A stretch of DNA of 63,283 nucleotides, filler included, from Bigelowiella natans CCMP2755 (lineage: Eukaryota; Protista; Cercozoa): assembly GCA_000320545.1 (NCBI GenBank). It is 4 parts of 4 records of this genome, joined end to end, with 100 filler letters (N's around TTAATTAATTAA, not from the genome) between each part and the next. Parts side by side here need not be neighbours in the genome. Positions count along the whole stretch, not along the records: positions 1 to 22,768 come from ADNK01003024.1; 3 more parts are not named here. One strand, given 5' to 3'. Each line of letters starts with the position of its first letter. The stretch's first letter is position 1. The notes beneath the pieces were generated by a model. The model searched no databases. It was not told where the DNA came from and saw only the letters and a list, made by a program, of their open reading frames with translations. A program made the translations under genes and the position numbers. This document shows, in pieces, positions 1 to 15,089 of this stretch.

Positions 1-959
1 ATCGTATCGAGCTTCGAAGATAACTGAACCACATGTAAAGACGAGTTGCCTCATTCATTCGTTCAATCCCTCCTTCATCACACTTTGAAAGATTGGGAAT
101 AATGCCCTCCTCCTCCTCCTCCTCCACCTCCTCCCCCTCCTCCCTCTTCAACGATAATCCCTATTCATAGGAGGGGGTACATCCATTCTTTCGTTCATTC
201 ACAAAGCACCTCCTCTATCCGGCTGTTCTTGGCCCGCATCCGTGCCCCCCAGGTTACGCTGATCCTACGATTGAATTGTTTAGTATGTATTGCAATGGGT
301 TCGGTCATCGTTACCATGACCACGTGTTATACAGTACAAACGGACGGGTACAGGCGAACAGTCCAAGTCTCACACCATTTATATCACACAGATCACGTTA
401 TGACTCACCTCGCAATTTCGGCATCTTTCTCGTTCAGATTTTCAGAAAGCCTGTTAATCTCAATGTCCTGATGAAGAGGAGTATCATGAGAAGAAGGATA
501 TGGGGGGGAGGGGGAGGGGGTGGGTGTATGAAATATCGACTTTCATGTTGCAGGAGCGCTGCAGCGCTGTGATCTGGTCTTCATATTCTCGCATCTGATG
601 ATGATGGTAACAATGATGATCAACAACAGCACGAAGATAATGAAGGAACTCAGCGAAATAACACAAGTCTTCCAGTTCATATATTATCGTCCCTTTCACC
701 TTGCAAGGAGCCGTATCCTCCCATCCCCCCCCCCCCTCCCCTACATCGTCACAACCTTGTTCTCCATTCCGGTATGCTGCGTCTCAATCGCGTTTGACAA
801 CCGCTTCATTTCAGACTCCCTACGCATTCAGTGCATCAATGCCAACAGTATGATATATGCAGCACAGACAACGGGGAAGGAAGGTAGGAGGGAGGGCAGT
901 GAGAGGATAATAGGCAGAAAGACCAAATACCCACCACACATTAAAATCAATATCAATAT

Positions 960-995
<36 letters not shown>

Positions 996-2690
996 TATAT
1001 ATATCAGCAGATGTGTGTTTCACGGAAATTAAAGCAGTATCCGCGGCCGCAGCAGCACCAGCAGCTATACTCTGGCGATATAGCTTTCATCTCCTTATCT
1101 TTTGCTGCAAGCTGTTGCTCCTGGCGGCTCCTACCCGATGTGTGCGCAGCCTTTTTTGTGCATCCGGGAGGAGAAAATCAAGACCGGGGATTACCCAAAG
1201 AAAAATGCACAAGAATATTAAAAGACTCTTGGAGAACGACCACCTCTCTCTGCTCTAGGTTTTGTAGCCTTTGCCGGAATCCATCTCTGAGACCTTTTTT
1301 ATTAATAAGGAGATTGGAAAGAGCAGCTGCTGCAACATGACCTTGTCTTCTCACCTGAGCTGCAAGTATCTTCGACGCGTCCATGTGCTTCTCCCTGGAC
1401 TATATATGAATCGTTAAACAGGTGAGACTTTTTTTTACTACTGCCATCGTGTTTCAAGGAGAGTTCTCATATTAAGACACCAGTAATGCACGCATTTTAT
1501 GCAATAATTTGCGCATAACTCGGGACATAGAAAAATATTTTACCATTAGTGCAACCCTACGACGTTCTTATTATTTCGAGAGAGTAGTAATGACGTAGCG
1601 TTGTCATTCAGTGACTACTACTACTACCTGAGAGCTGAGCAGACTCGTAAGCCTTTCTATGTCGATGTCTTTTTGAGAGATCGTATCTCGTAGATGGTTT
1701 TCCATACTTTCCCGCTCATGTGTGTCACGGCTTCGCACATTTATTAACTCCTGCGGAGATGACCAAGCGAGCACAAGAGACAGGGTGAGGGGAGGGGGAG
1801 GACTTTGGTTAGACACGGAAAACCACATTTCGGAATTGCGCTTGAAAATATGTTCAATAGGTAATGACTGATATGTTACACGATACCTGCACTTTGTTCT
1901 GGAGCCTCGAAATTTCCCCATCTCTGATAGTTAGGGAAAATAGCAGCAGCAGCTCAACGACTCGGCATAGAGTGGACTAGAATTTATTAGTGAGAGCTTA
2001 CTTTCGTCCCAGAAGGTATACCAAGTCCGAGATTCTCTTTGCCTGTGATACTGTCTCAAGGGATGTCATACTTTTACGACTTCCTACCACTACATCGGTC
2101 TGATTTGCAACATCAGTTTGACTCGGCCTCTTGCTTTCGCCGTTCTCTTTCTGTAAAATGTGGGAGGAAGAAGAACCATTTTGGTCATTCCGTTCGCATT
2201 TCTGATCCGTTTCAGAGAGAATTGTCTGATCTATTTCGAAGATACTTTGAAATTAAAGTTACCTTGGTAACATATGCAGGCGTTTTCGGGGAGGATTTGC
2301 TGAGAAAGCTGGGTGGTTTCGGGGAGGCTTCTATGATATCAGAAATCTCGAATTCATTGCTACTTTGCTGATTGAGCATGGTCTCCATCTCCGCCTTTAA
2401 CAGACAAAGAATCATGGAAACGCGTTCTCCAATTTGAAATAAAGCGGCAACATTTGATGAACCTGTATGAAGGAAGCCCTTCGAAGGGGTTCAAGATAAC
2501 TGCTGCCTACAATAATCGCACTCACAGTTAGGGTTAGGGCAGGGAATCATTCATGAGTTGCAATGCAAAAGCTGCTTATAATCTCTGAACCGTCGTTGTC
2601 ATCCTCAAAATGGACCCTGGCCTGCTTTGATCCACTCCCCTGTGGCACACTTGCTGTTAGGCCTGGGGGCGAGCCCTTACGCCTCATCGT
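1..2690 (-). CDS. Multi-exon coiled-coil protein of unknown function, running off the window start
   Basis: Spliceable minus-strand segments such as MRRKGSPPG...EDDNDGSE, MENHLRDTISQKDIDIERLTSLL, MREYEDQITALQ and DIEINRLSENLNEKDAEIAR, separated by microsatellite-containing introns. Start approximate. Confidence 0.4.
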
Positions 2691-3469
2691 GCAATGATAG
2701 GGGAGATCGATGTGAGCGTTAGAAGCAGCTTCAAATTGTTTCCCAACGAACAAAATGGCCTGTATCTGAGCCCTCAATCCAATATTCATCCATGTCGCAA
2801 CTCCAAAACCGTTGGATCCCGATTCTTCTATCGCCTTTGGTAGATCTATCCAACGGTTAGCATGAACTACCGGCTGTCCAAAATTTCAAATCTGTCCTCT
2901 TTTTGGAGGACGAGGTCAGAAAATGTGTTGTCGTAGGTTGAAAACGATAGTAATCACGAATGTTTTCTCTGGCAAATCAGTTGAAGAATTCAAGATTTTC
3001 AGAAAATAAGCAAAGCCGGGAAATGTCGAAGCTAGAGCAAAAAATTGGCACACTACCATCGGACCACCCGTCACTTCCCCGTCTCAATGCCAGAATGGAC
3101 GAATTTTGTCACAATGCAAATGCTCGCGGCATTTGAAATCGGTGCACATGATGCTATGAATGCAAGGTGCACTGTGTTCATTTGCATGTGGATCATTTGT
3201 GAATGTTCACGTGTTTTGCCATGCTGTCTTCTAGTATTGTTAGTCTAGCTAGCTAGGCAGATGCACAGCACGCACAGCCGGGCATGCACGCGCACTCTAG
3301 TGCTCTTTAGCCGGCCTGCCAGATGCTGCGTCGCATGGCATTGTGCATGTCACAGACGCAGCAATGCAATGCACACATGTATGCTATTAAGCATGTGTGC
3401 GTGTCATTAATGCTCAACATCGGCCAACGTGATAATCATAAAACATTATCATGATCTCACGTCATACGA

Positions 3470-3945
3470 CTATCCTGGTGGGGGGGGCGGGGGGTAAGCA
3501 GGGTTTGGTCGGGAAGGTAACGGTGCCGGAGGAGCTCGCTGCTGGTGGTGCGAAGGGAGAGGAGGGGGTGGGCGATGCTGGTGGTGCTGAGGGGGGCCTC
3601 CTTGATGTTGTGGTGGGGGATATTGATGATAGCCGTAGCCTCCCATACCTGGAAAGGATTCAGTTCTATGATGACTCATGGCAGTGATGATGTTACTGAT
3701 CTAACGCTGGTGTAGATTTGAACGAAACGATTCTACAATCGAATTAAACCCGTGAATAGGGATGAAGCAGAAGAAATTCCTTCTGTGCGCAGTGCGTGTA
3801 GCATCTATTGTTATTACCGTAAGGCGGGGGATACGGATACATTGGGGGAGGTGGAAACCCGGGATAAGCCTGATGTAGAATGTTCACCAGACGAAAGAGG
3901 TAGAAGGGTGGGAGGAGGGAGGGAGGAGTGAATCATTATTTTATA

Positions 3946-3980
<35 letters not shown>

Positions 3981-4316
3981 CAAATAACAGTACGGATTAA
4001 TTATCTTTTTGTAATATAAACAATAAGAATTGTCTAGCGATTGTTTTAAATCATTAAATTTACTAACAATAAGTATTGACACCGTACAGTCATCATTAGA
4101 AACAACGATGCTCAATTGATGACAGAAATCCACTTATCGGGCCCCTCCCCTTCCCAATTTCTCTTTCTCTTCCATATGTTTGTTAGTAACGTACCGGCGG
4201 AGGTTGCATATTCTGCATCGGATGGTAGCCGCCTCTTCCAAACCTGTGATGATTTGAAAGATGAAGAATGACGACTGTGATTCTCAAGAGACAGAGTTTA
4301 ATTATCATCGTAGATT

Positions 4317-4360
<44 letters not shown>

Positions 4361-4681
4361 TAGATCCGAATGAAATCATGACGTAATACATACCCAGAGG
4401 GAGGCATGCCGGCGCCGCCCATATGATTTGGGGGTGGGCGAGAAGACGGCATCAAAGGCTGCTGCTGCCGCTGTGGTTGATTTGCAGGATGGTTAGGTGG
4501 AAGTTTGGCTGCTCCTCCCCCGCTCGATCTCCCTGACACATCTGAGTTACGGGCATGCATAATCAGATATAAGTCTCGAGTTGAGTGGGTCTCTAGGGGG
4601 TGAGAGAGACAGACAGACACCCCTTTTATTTACGCATCGTGAATGCATCGCATCATGGTCGTTTTTCATACAAAGCATTAT

Positions 4682-4715
<34 letters not shown>

Positions 4716-5721
4716 GTCATCGCCATTAAGTTATCATGATTATTACCTGCTGCTGAGGCTGGTTTGGCTGGTGCTATTGAACCTGTTGGCTTTGGTGCCG
4801 GAGCTGAAGGGGGAGGCCCCCCTCCTAGCTCAGCCATGAAACTTGCATACTCATCGTTGAGAGCGGGTAGCCGAGTCGCATTCCTGTTGAAGTGAGAGGG
4901 GGGGGGAATGAAAGTACCCCAGCATTAATAATGGCGGACTCTAACTATTTTTTTCGCTTCGAGAGTCGGGATTTTTAGAGACATAATGTAACTTTCATTG
5001 TGATAAAACTCGGACTTCTTCGTCAATATTCTCAAACAGCAAAGAGATAATTTGTGGGGGTTGAACTACGTGATATTAAATTTATAAATATGTATTATAA
5101 TATATATATATAAACACATATGCACATTTTTTATGAATATACCCTTTGTTCGGACAGTCAATAGTGGGGTGTGTGTCCAGGCCGCAGATCGCGCATTTCA
5201 CATCAGCTGCACTCCATGATGATACACGCTTAGGGCACTACACAGTAGCAAACACGTAGCAGAGAAGAAGATACAATGATCAGATGATCATGAGATGGAC
5301 GACAATGACAATCATAATCTCATTTTTACCCACTGAAACGCACATACGTTACTTACTAATGCAGCAACATTAATGTCTGCTCATAGGTTTTATTGAAATA
5401 TCCAAAAAAAGAATGCTACTATTACACTACTACTGCTGCTACCTCTTGAATCTTGTGGCCTTCTTCCCCACAGATGCGACACTTCGGTACCTCTCTGAGC
5501 GTACCGTTGATCAACGCCAGCTCTCGCAACTGCTTGGCTTTATGTACGTTTTGCGTTTCCTAAAGAAGACAAGTAACACTTCTATAAGAAATCGTTCTTC
5601 AATATGTCTATGATATAAAATTCCGGACACTGTGCCCCACGAGAGAAAATTGGTTACTTTGCCATGCAACACGATGAGCTTGTCTATTTCGTCCAAACAC
5701 ATCGATGTATCATGTGTTCGT

Positions 5722-5764
<43 letters not shown>

Positions 5765-6867
5765 CACTTACGTCCATAGGGATCAGAAGTTTGTTAATCA
5801 TCGCCTCGGCCTTAGCAAGTTTTTCCTCATCAGGGGCGATGATATGCACATGTAGCGGCTGGTCTTCGTCGGGCTGTGACCTCCCCTTCTTGCTGGAACC
5901 TTTCCCCCTGATCGATATCTTACAGCCTGTCTCTCGCTCCATACGCTTCTGCGTGTTACCTCGAGGACCAATGATCAACCCAATGAAGTTGTAGTCAGGA
6001 TACTTGTCGACAGGAATGTCGATCTTCTTGATTTTCTTCGCTGGTGCGAACCCAGGAGCGAATGCCTTGAGCGCAGGATTTTCAGCAATGGCCTTTTCCA
6101 GCAGTGTCTGCCTTTCCTCCATCAGCTTGTCCTTGAATCGCTTGTCGCGTGTATTGACTCGCTGATAACATCAATAAGGAAAATAGCAATAGAATCAGGG
6201 AATCGTGACGACAGTTGATGTATTAAAATTATTGACAATTTCGAGTGAATTTTTTCTGGCTGCTTCTACCAATCCCGGCCCTCCTCAATGATATACGATT
6301 GATTATACCTGGCCGTCGGCTGAATAGATCGGAGGCGGGGAAGGCCCCAAATCTGCTGATTCGATGAATGCGGCAGGGTTCATGAGTTTCGTGTTTATTT
6401 GCTCTAGCTTCAACCGAAAAAGATAGATGTCCACTTGCTGCAGTGTAAGATCCTTGGTTGCGAAGGCAGCACCAGGCGGTAATATCATCTGGAATACCAA
6501 CATTGTAGGATAGGCAGAGAGGGGGGAGGAGAAATCAGAGCTGTTGTCAAATATATCACAGCTAATCCTGCATCTCCGAAAACTTGTAGAAGATTGATTC
6601 GTTCTCATAAAAATGTAAAAAAGTGCCATAAATTTCTATATTGAGAATAATGAAACCTTATCCTTATGAGAGCCCCATCTGGACTTCTTGCGGCGCGAAC
6701 CAGGGAGAGCCTCACCCCACCTAGTCTTTTTCTTTCGCCGTCTCCCTCCTGGTATACATAGTAAACGTTCAATTCGATGAAAGGAGAACAACATGTAAGA
6801 GCAAGACAGGACCTTCCGGTTGTTTAGAGTCCGGATTGGTGCTCGGTGTGTTGGCCTCCTGGCTCAT
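3470..6867 (-). CDS. SF1: Splicing factor 1 / branchpoint-bridging protein (multi-exon)
   Basis: ULM RRKKSRW (~6680-6700), [16 protein letters not shown]2 domain ([36 protein letters not shown]; [13 protein letters not shown]), two zinc knuckles ([18 protein letters not shown]), [12 protein letters not shown], and a Pro-rich C-terminus ending at TAG 3470. Confidence 0.93.
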
Positions 6868-7938
6868 CCGCTTGATGATGTTCCCTAAAGAGGGCCGTAC
6901 TTTCTCTCTCGAGACTAATGAAAAATATGAAGCGTAGTGTATGCATTAAGATAATTAATGAATAATTTGAGCAACGCGGCAGTTCGAGCGTGCGTTAAAT
7001 TCGCTCCACATTTCCAAGATGAAAATATTCTCCCCCCTCTTTTGTTTGCTCTAATGCTATACTCAGCTTAAAGTCATAAAAAAGACCCTCGCCCTCAAAG
7101 ATTTCAACTGATAGATTCTAGCTATTTAGCAGGGCTTTGCCCCAAGCGCTGCCTCCCCAACCTGGGCCGCACTCCGAAGAGGATTCAGATGTTCCAGAGG
7201 CTAGGGAGCAACAGAGGGCTGAATAAATATCCTAAATAGAGGGATATTATGGATAATACTGCTCATATTATCCCAAAAATACAGAAAATGCAAGTTAGTG
7301 GCAAAGTCAATACCTCAGTCTATACTCCATGTGCCGTCTCATGTCCGCATTGCAGCTCAATTTCACATATTTTTACTGAAGCCTTTTGTCGTAAGTGTTC
7401 CATACACTCCATTTCTTCAAATCTATCGATTGATCTGCTGACATTCTTTCTTAACATCCATGTAGAATGTTTCATCGTTGAAATTATGCCTGGTCTCGTG
7501 AACATTTCGAACGTTGGGGATGGAACTCCAGCGTACTCCGAATCGCATTTTCTGTCAATTATTTATCCTGGAAACATCTACACTTGGGCTGTCCAAAGTG
7601 GAGGGCATCCGGTAGCGTTACACGGGAGAGGCAGATAGAATATTTAACTGGAGCATGAAGATCATCGAGAATTTTAGATTTTGAGATCCCAATATTGATG
7701 TCGCCATATAACAAAGTACTCGATATAGGATCGATAAGTAGATTAGCGGAATGATTCAAATCTGAAAAGGGCCCCCTCGACCACGATTAGGCTTCGTAAC
7801 ACACGATTCGAGTTTGGAGAACTCATCATAGTACCTGTCATCACATAGCCAAAGGAGAAGTAAGGTTTTCCAATACGTAACACGATATACTGTGACACGG
7901 TGAAGGCAGCTCAGCTATAGAAAAGAGCATTCTTCACC

Positions 7939-10775
7939 ATGATGAAAGACTGGAAAGATGCAGACCGGGTAAGTGAAATCGTTATGATGCCAGTTTATGC
8001 CCTCGATATTCTCGGTGATGGTCCATCTGACGAGAAAATGTTAGAATGAGTTTAATTATTTCACAGCGGGTTGGAGGTCTACGGAGGAAAACAAGGGCCC
8101 CAGGCCCTATCCGATTCCGAACTACTTTCAGAAACTGTATCCTCGATACTCTCAAGAGGCGGGGGTAGACGTCACATCCCTAGCCAGACGAGGAGCTAAC
8201 GCCAAACCATGCAACCTAATGATTTTTAAAATCTCAGGTGGAAAGAGGTAGAAGATGACAGCGAGTGTGACTTGAACTGGATGGATAGGTGCGTGGCCTT
8301 GAGTTGCAAATTCGCCTTGGCGATGCTTAGCTTTTAATTACTACTACGATTGCCATCTTTAACTTGCGCTTTAGGGATTGGATAAGAGAACGCTTTGATA
8401 GGGTTCATCTAGAGCCATTCCAGAAGGTTAACCATTTCAGGAACCACTACGAACTGACGCGAAAGGTGGTCAAAATTTCATCAAAATTGGGGAGGAGGGT
8501 TTATGATTGATTCCCTATCGTTCTCGTTGGATTTTCTTGTGCAGGATTCTATGGTAAAGAATCTGAAGCGAATGAAACGTCAATTAGAAAAGGAGGGAAA
8601 AGGTTTAATTAACTCAGTTTGTTCACCTGAAGCAAAAACTCATTTGGCGCCGCTCTTCCTTTCTTTGTGTTTCCTTGTCTACTACCCTCCTCACAGTGGA
8701 AGAAGCTGCCCAGTTTGATTTCTTTCCGCAGACATTCGTACTCCCAGGCGAGTACTTGTTGTACGTAGAAGCCTTCAAGAAGCTAGGAGGTATACACGTA
8801 CACAGATGCAAGAGCAATCTTAAGTTTGAAGAAAACGCAGAGAATACTACTAATCTTGAATCTGGTGATGTAAAAGGAGTGTGGATCATGAAACCTGTGG
8901 GAAAATCGCAAGGTAAGGGGATCTTCTTGGTCGACAAACTGTCGCAGACGGCGCAGTGGAAGCATGACAATCGCTTCAACCCTGATGGGCCCCAAGCTGA
9001 AACATACGTGGCGCAACAGTATATTCACAACCCACTCCTTATTGGCGGTAGGAAATTCGATATAAGGTAATTGAGTACGTGTACTTCGTTCATATGCATG
9101 ACCACGACCGCATGGAAATTCTTCTGCACCGATCATAAACTAGGCTCAATATCTGAGCAAGTGTGCACTGCTGCTGTGACATTTTCCATCCATCCGCAGA
9201 TTATACGTTCTGGTAACCAGCTTCAATCCTTTAAAAGTCCACATGTACAGGTGACCCCTTCGATACAGTGGTATGACGTAGCGAGCTCTTCTTGACGGCT
9301 GTTGTGTGCTCTTAGGGACGGTTTTGCGCGGTTCTCCGTTGCTCGATACGATACAAAGAACATTAATAACACGTAAGAAACAAAGCCCCTCTTTCAATTT
9401 CCATTATTCATTTCCACCCTTTTCCTCCATTGAATGCTAATTTGTGCAATGCGATTGTGAAACGAAGGTTTGTCCACGTCACTAATGTTGCGATCCAAAA
9501 GACTGCTGCCGACTATGACGCTGATACAGGCAATTTCGCACTTATACTGCCATCATTGAAGTAACAAATCCGGTAACAACCAAAACTTTCCTGTTGCAGG
9601 GGGCAAGATGTTTCTGCGCCCGTTGAAGCTCTACCTAATATCCAAATTTGGAGCTGAGCGTGTGAACGAGTTGTTCTGTGAGATTCAGGTGACACCTCTC
9701 GCGCAGAAGTGCAATTGCAATGTCTTTCCGCTGATCTCCGCGGTGCATCAAGGCTCTATTTCGCTAACAACCTTGTCTTTCTTCTTTTTCCTTAACCACG
9801 ATTCAGCTTACCATCGTCCGCTCCCTCCAAGCTGTACAAAAGACTATAATAAACGACAAACACTGTTTCGAGTTGTACGGGTAATGATAGGACAGTTTAA
9901 AAATGATGTGAGGATGAGGAGAACCAACACATCGATACATTTGGTACCGTATTAGTGGGGAAATGTGGTCATCATTGAAATTCCTACTGTAGAAACTGAA
10001 GATATGCCTAATGCACAGTTATTGAATTGATACAAGAGATCTATATGTTGCAAGACGACACCCATTCTTTTGTTTGATTGATGTCATACATTTATAATAT
10101 GTACACAGGTATGACGTTATGATCGATGATAACCTTAAAGTTTGGTTGATTGAGGTAACAAAAACAAATTCGAGCTTCTCTCCTAGTCCCTTCCTCGCTT
10201 GCTTGCTTTTAACGCATATGTCATAGGTGAATGCCTTCCCTTCATTGACTGCAAACACGAAGGACGACTACAATTTGAAGTGCGCGATGCTTGATGATAT
10301 GCTCAGGTTAATATGTCCCATGTTCTCTCCCCCCGCTTCTTTCCTTCCTGTAATGATACTGAAATTTTTGTTACACTGCTAGCATAATTGACTTGGAAAA
10401 GCGGCTCAATGGAAACGAGGACCAAGTATAATCACCACAATCTTGTCAACCGAATACGTTGTGAATGATAATGTTGCTATTGCAGGTCGGGAGTTTCGAT
10501 CTGATATATTCTGAAGGATATGTTAAGTTCGATCGAAATTGCGAATATACCTCGTAAATCTTCAACTAATTTGCAGATAGATTGTGAGCCCTGATTATTC
10601 AGAGTTCAATGTACTTAGCAAAATTCTTTGACGTATATATATTTACGTCAGATATCTCGGTTGCACGACAAATAGAACTCGACAATTAGGCAAGTTGTTT
10701 AGGTCTAGGGGGAAAGAGCGTGAATTAGCCGAAAGAAAATTAAAAAAATCTCAAGGAGGTGGCAAGAAAGTATAG
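7939..10775 (+). CDS. TTLL9: Tubulin polyglutamylase, TTLL9/TTLL1-like (multi-exon)
   Basis: Exons give KVNHFRNHYELTRK, FFPQTFVLPGEY, WIMKPVGKSQGKGIFL, QQYIHNPLLIGGRKFDIR, VHVTNVAIQK, IINDKHCFELYGYDVMID and WLIEVNAFPSL. Start ATG tentative. Confidence 0.85.
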
Positions 10776-10893
10776 CTGATTGCTACATTATTCTACACGT
10801 AATGTAAATAGATAATAACACACCACATTGCATTAATACCTTGATAAAAGCTACCACAGCAAACTGAAGCACGTCTATCTGTTTTTATTTCTC

Positions 10894-10938
<45 letters not shown>

Positions 10939-12082
10939 CTCTATCTACAATGTACTACATGTCTGATGTATTTACGCATGGTATTAGTGCATACATATAC
11001 AGCGAAATTATGGAGCGATGTAGCTAGCCGTGATACGATACATGCTGCTGGCCAATGATAGACATGCAATGTGTCTATTATGCCACAGAAATAAGCTGCT
11101 ACGCTGCCAGTGGCCTACTAGCCTACGTGCGTGCATAGAATATTTCTAGATGTCTCTAGATGTGCATGGCAACCGTAACAAGCATAGAACAAGCAGTAAG
11201 TATGTGCACATACCTAGATACATCTAGATGCATAGCCGAACATGCATGCAGACGTGCTTGCAAGCTAGATGCCGACCGCGCTGCCGCCTCTCTTAACTTT
11301 TCTTTCATAGCGCTGATCGATCGATTCAACGCGCAGCGGCGCTGAGAATGTCTAGATGGCTGTCGTGTATGCACTCGCATCTAGCTGTCCACACATGCAG
11401 CGATTTAAAAATTTACAGCTGAGCCCTGCACGCTACGCTGCAAGTGCAACGCTCATCACCTTGCCATAACACCTTACATGCCGCTAATATCTGAGTGCAC
11501 CGCGCACAGCCATTGTTAAAGCATGCTATGCTCACGCTTGAATCTAGATATGTGTATTCGTAACATTTTGATTTACATCAAGACATTACATATCGAAGCA
11601 AACATCGAATGGAGAATAACTATAAACTTATAATTATGAAAATCTATATATTATGTCTATCTCTAATTATAGCTATATCTTCATATAAAAAGTTACGATC
11701 AAACAAAATTAACGAAAATATAACTTGAAATTTCAGGTATCACTGCAGAAAAGCAATTTTTCAATAATCTCCTCATTAACTGAACCATTCATTCCCATTC
11801 ATTCCAAGAACCATTGATAATTACAGGTCGAACGAATGCATTTTATGACTAATCTAGTAATGATTAATACTCAGTAATGCGAAATCTGTTTTAGTAGAAT
11901 CTGCATCAAGCAGGACCGACACTTTCTTCTTAAAATTACATTTTACAGCTGAAGAAGCGTCAAAATGACACAGTAGAATTAAAATCTTTTCGGCACGAAA
12001 GTATGAATAGAACTATAAGAACGTATGTGTCAACGGAAACGACTCATAACGTGAGAATATACGTTTAGAAAAGACAAGACGG

Positions 12083-13341
12083 CTAGAAAGGAACCACACC
12101 ACCGTTTTGTTTCATATAGCTTTGAAGTAAGGATAGCTGACTCTGGTCGAAAGCAGCAGTGGAGCAATTAGACATTGTAGCTGCAGGAGTACCTGACACC
12201 GGCGCCTGATACTCCTTGCTCTTGCTATCTGACACCTTCGTTGTTGCATTTGTGGCTGCTTTTTTAGTATCCTTCTTAATAGTTGCGGCGGGTGCTGCTG
12301 CTGCAACGAGGTACTTGCTAGATTTGCTGGTGCTGGTGCTGGTGCTGGTGGCAGTGGTTGAACTGTCGGAGCTGCTGCTGAAATCAAGGCCCAGTAAGGG
12401 ATTGTCGGCTTGGGAGAGCTTCTTTAACCTGTTCACCTGCTCTTGTATTGCGTCCTGCACTTGCTTCGGATCTTTCCTCTGGGAAGTAGCAAACGATGCA
12501 AGTCCCATGGTAAACTGCAGCTCCATCTTCCTGTGATTATTGAAGGAGGCCAAACTACCCATCCCTCCTTTCGATCTTCCAGTGTTGCTCTTCGGGTCAT
12601 ATGGCTCAAGCTTCACATCAAAAGCAGCTGGAATAGACAGGGAATCAAGAGTGATATAAGGAGGCGGGGTATTTTTTGCCATGTCAGCAAGCCCTTGAGG
12701 TAAAGGAGACAAGGGCGAGCACGAAACGTCTGGAATCAGAATCTTCTCCTTCGTCACGGGCATAGCAGGACTGAGAGGGAACAAAAAAACCGTCTCAGAT
12801 AATCATTATAGCTTAAAGAGCGTGCAAGTACAACACAATCAAGAAGGGAAACATTTAAAGTAATCTTGGAAATATATAAATCAACTTCAGCAGTTCGCCT
12901 GTCCATATCGCTTTTAACTCAATTATATGTACGTTCAGAAGGAAATTGTAGGAAAAAGGAAACCCCCCTTCCCCCTTTGCCATCGTCCAACCTGCTTGTT
13001 GGTGCGATAGGGACCATGTTTGCTGGTGATTGAGGAACAAATTGGAAATTTGTCCAGTCAGTTTCAGCATCCTCAGGATGCTTGATGTTTGCGAAGGGAT
13101 TCGGAGTCTCCCCATGCTTTTTCCGCTGCATTCGAAGTTTGCGACGACTCTGCTTCTTTGGTCGCGAGTGACGACCCCCTGAAGGGTGTTCACGCTTCAT
13201 AGAACTACCAACTCGCAACCGATTACTGTTTCCGTTGTGGCTAGATTTTTTCGAGGAAGTGGAGGCCCCTGAATTTGAGTGCACCGGCATAGCTGATGAT
13301 GGAGGCCAGGAGAAGATGGGTTTGAGATGCCTAAATGCCAA
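12083..13341 (-). CDS. Hypothetical low-complexity protein, probably two exons
   Basis: Two long same-strand ORFs (12919-13341, basic; 12083-12784, Ser/Thr/Ala-rich). No recognisable domain. Confidence 0.45.
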
Positions 13342-14763
13342 ATAATCAATAAATCCAAATCGGTTTGAATAAAAACATGGCTACACAGAAACAAGTTTGA
13401 CTCTAATATATAAATCCACGCCTCGATTTACACCACTATGATAAGGAACATTCTCAGTGATGAAAGTGTTCACACGTAAAAGGAAATTTCTGCAGATGGA
13501 AGGGCAAAAAGGGCTTCGACGAGCTTGAAAATTTATGAGAGTTGAAAAATATTTACAGCGTTCGAATTGTATTGAACGAGTGCCAGGAATGAGAAAGGGG
13601 GGGGGACTGCAGAGGGTATTGAAGGGGGATTCGTACCGACAGAGCTATACGAAATTACTGGAAGGTAAGATCTATAGTTATTGCTAGACGACCTTTCAAT
13701 TTCGTCACTATGTTTTTGACCACAAATTATCTATTTATTGTACAAAGATCGATAAAAATATATGTCTCTATTAATTTATTGCCTATTTTTGAAGAATATT
13801 ATTCCAAAATATTTCTGCATTGATTCCATCTTGTACAGTCAATAATTTTGGCCATGAGAGTCAATAATACATATAAATGTCCTTTATTTCTTACATATGT
13901 TGTGAATGTCGGATATCTTTTTGGTCTTACATGAATTTTCGACTAAAGCTCAGCTCAAAAACCACAGAACTAGTTTATACGAAAATGGAGTATGAAGATG
14001 TAGGCTTACATTTAAGTCATTTTTTAAAGAACATAAAGAAATTCTAGTTATATTACGGTTTAATTGGAATTATCGATTAGATATTGATGTCTGAAAATCT
14101 TAGGTGGTGTACAGGTACCAGGCGCCATCTTAAAAGAGACAGATCTGCCCAAGTTGATGATTGTCGCTAACTGCAAAAACCCCTACATTCCAAGTGTTAC
14201 TCTGCACATTTCAGAGAAAATCATGTCTTTCGGAGGGCTGTTGATAGTACAGTTCTCTAATTTTTTAAGACTCACACACTGCTCGACGGAAATTCCCGAC
14301 GTACGTACCCCATGAAGTCCACAAACCAGGAGAACTCAAATGTGTTGCTACAACCAAAATCGAGCGACAATTCTCTCCTTGCGACAGCGATGAATGCATG
14401 TCACTCTTTTTTTCTCTAATGAAATATGTAGATTGCGCTCATGCGACATCTGCATTTTGAAGTCGCATGTCCATCGAGGCCATTTTTTCCTGTGAAAGTT
14501 CGAAGCGTTATGCGCCAGTGTCGTGACACTTTGGAAACGTTGTTCATTGTGCAGTTCATCATCATTGTTTCTTTCATCGTGGTGCACCTTTGAAAAATCG
14601 ATCGTTGGGAGTGTGTGCCAACCCACCCACTTTGTGACTTCCTCGTTGAGCAACAAGCTGGCAAGCGCAGTGATCATGGGCACAGCAGCAACAGGATGTC
14701 CAGGTGTCTGGCTGGCTGGGCTGGTCCAGTCTGGCAGTGGTCACATGGTGGACGTGCACGACA

Positions 14764-15089
14764 TGTTGCGCGTAAGGTGTTCACAGGCCGAGGCGCTACG
14801 TGCACAAGTAGGCAGGGGGGGGGAAAGGCACGTTTGCTTCCTTTTGAAGAGTTGTGTTTATTTTTATTAAAGATTATATTTTTATTAAATCGTGCACTGC
14901 GTAATCATTCGCGAAGCTTTCGCGAATGCCGCCGCACGTGGGGCAGCACACTTCCGGTGTGCTGCCATGAGTCCCGCCGGAACCCACGTGCCTATGCTGT
15001 ATTAATATCTACGTTATCTATATTCTATATCCGCGACAACCCCTTTGTTGTCGCACGTGACTTGTGCCCGCGTAGTGGTACGCGCTACA
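14764..15089 (-). mobile_element. Solo LTR (326 bp) of the Ty3/gypsy element
   Basis: TG...CA termini with imperfect terminal inverted repeat (TGTTGCGCGT / ACGCGCTACA). Appears identical to 20172-20497. Flanked by a 4-bp direct repeat GACA (target-site duplication). Confidence 0.92.

Noticed and set aside
2528-2545. TTAGGGTTAGGG telomere-like repeat
   Set aside because: Only two units, inside a probable intron; expected by chance.
7249-7759. Short ORFs between SF1 and TTLL9
   Set aside because: No recognisable motif or convincing splice structure. A small gene cannot be excluded but is unsupported.
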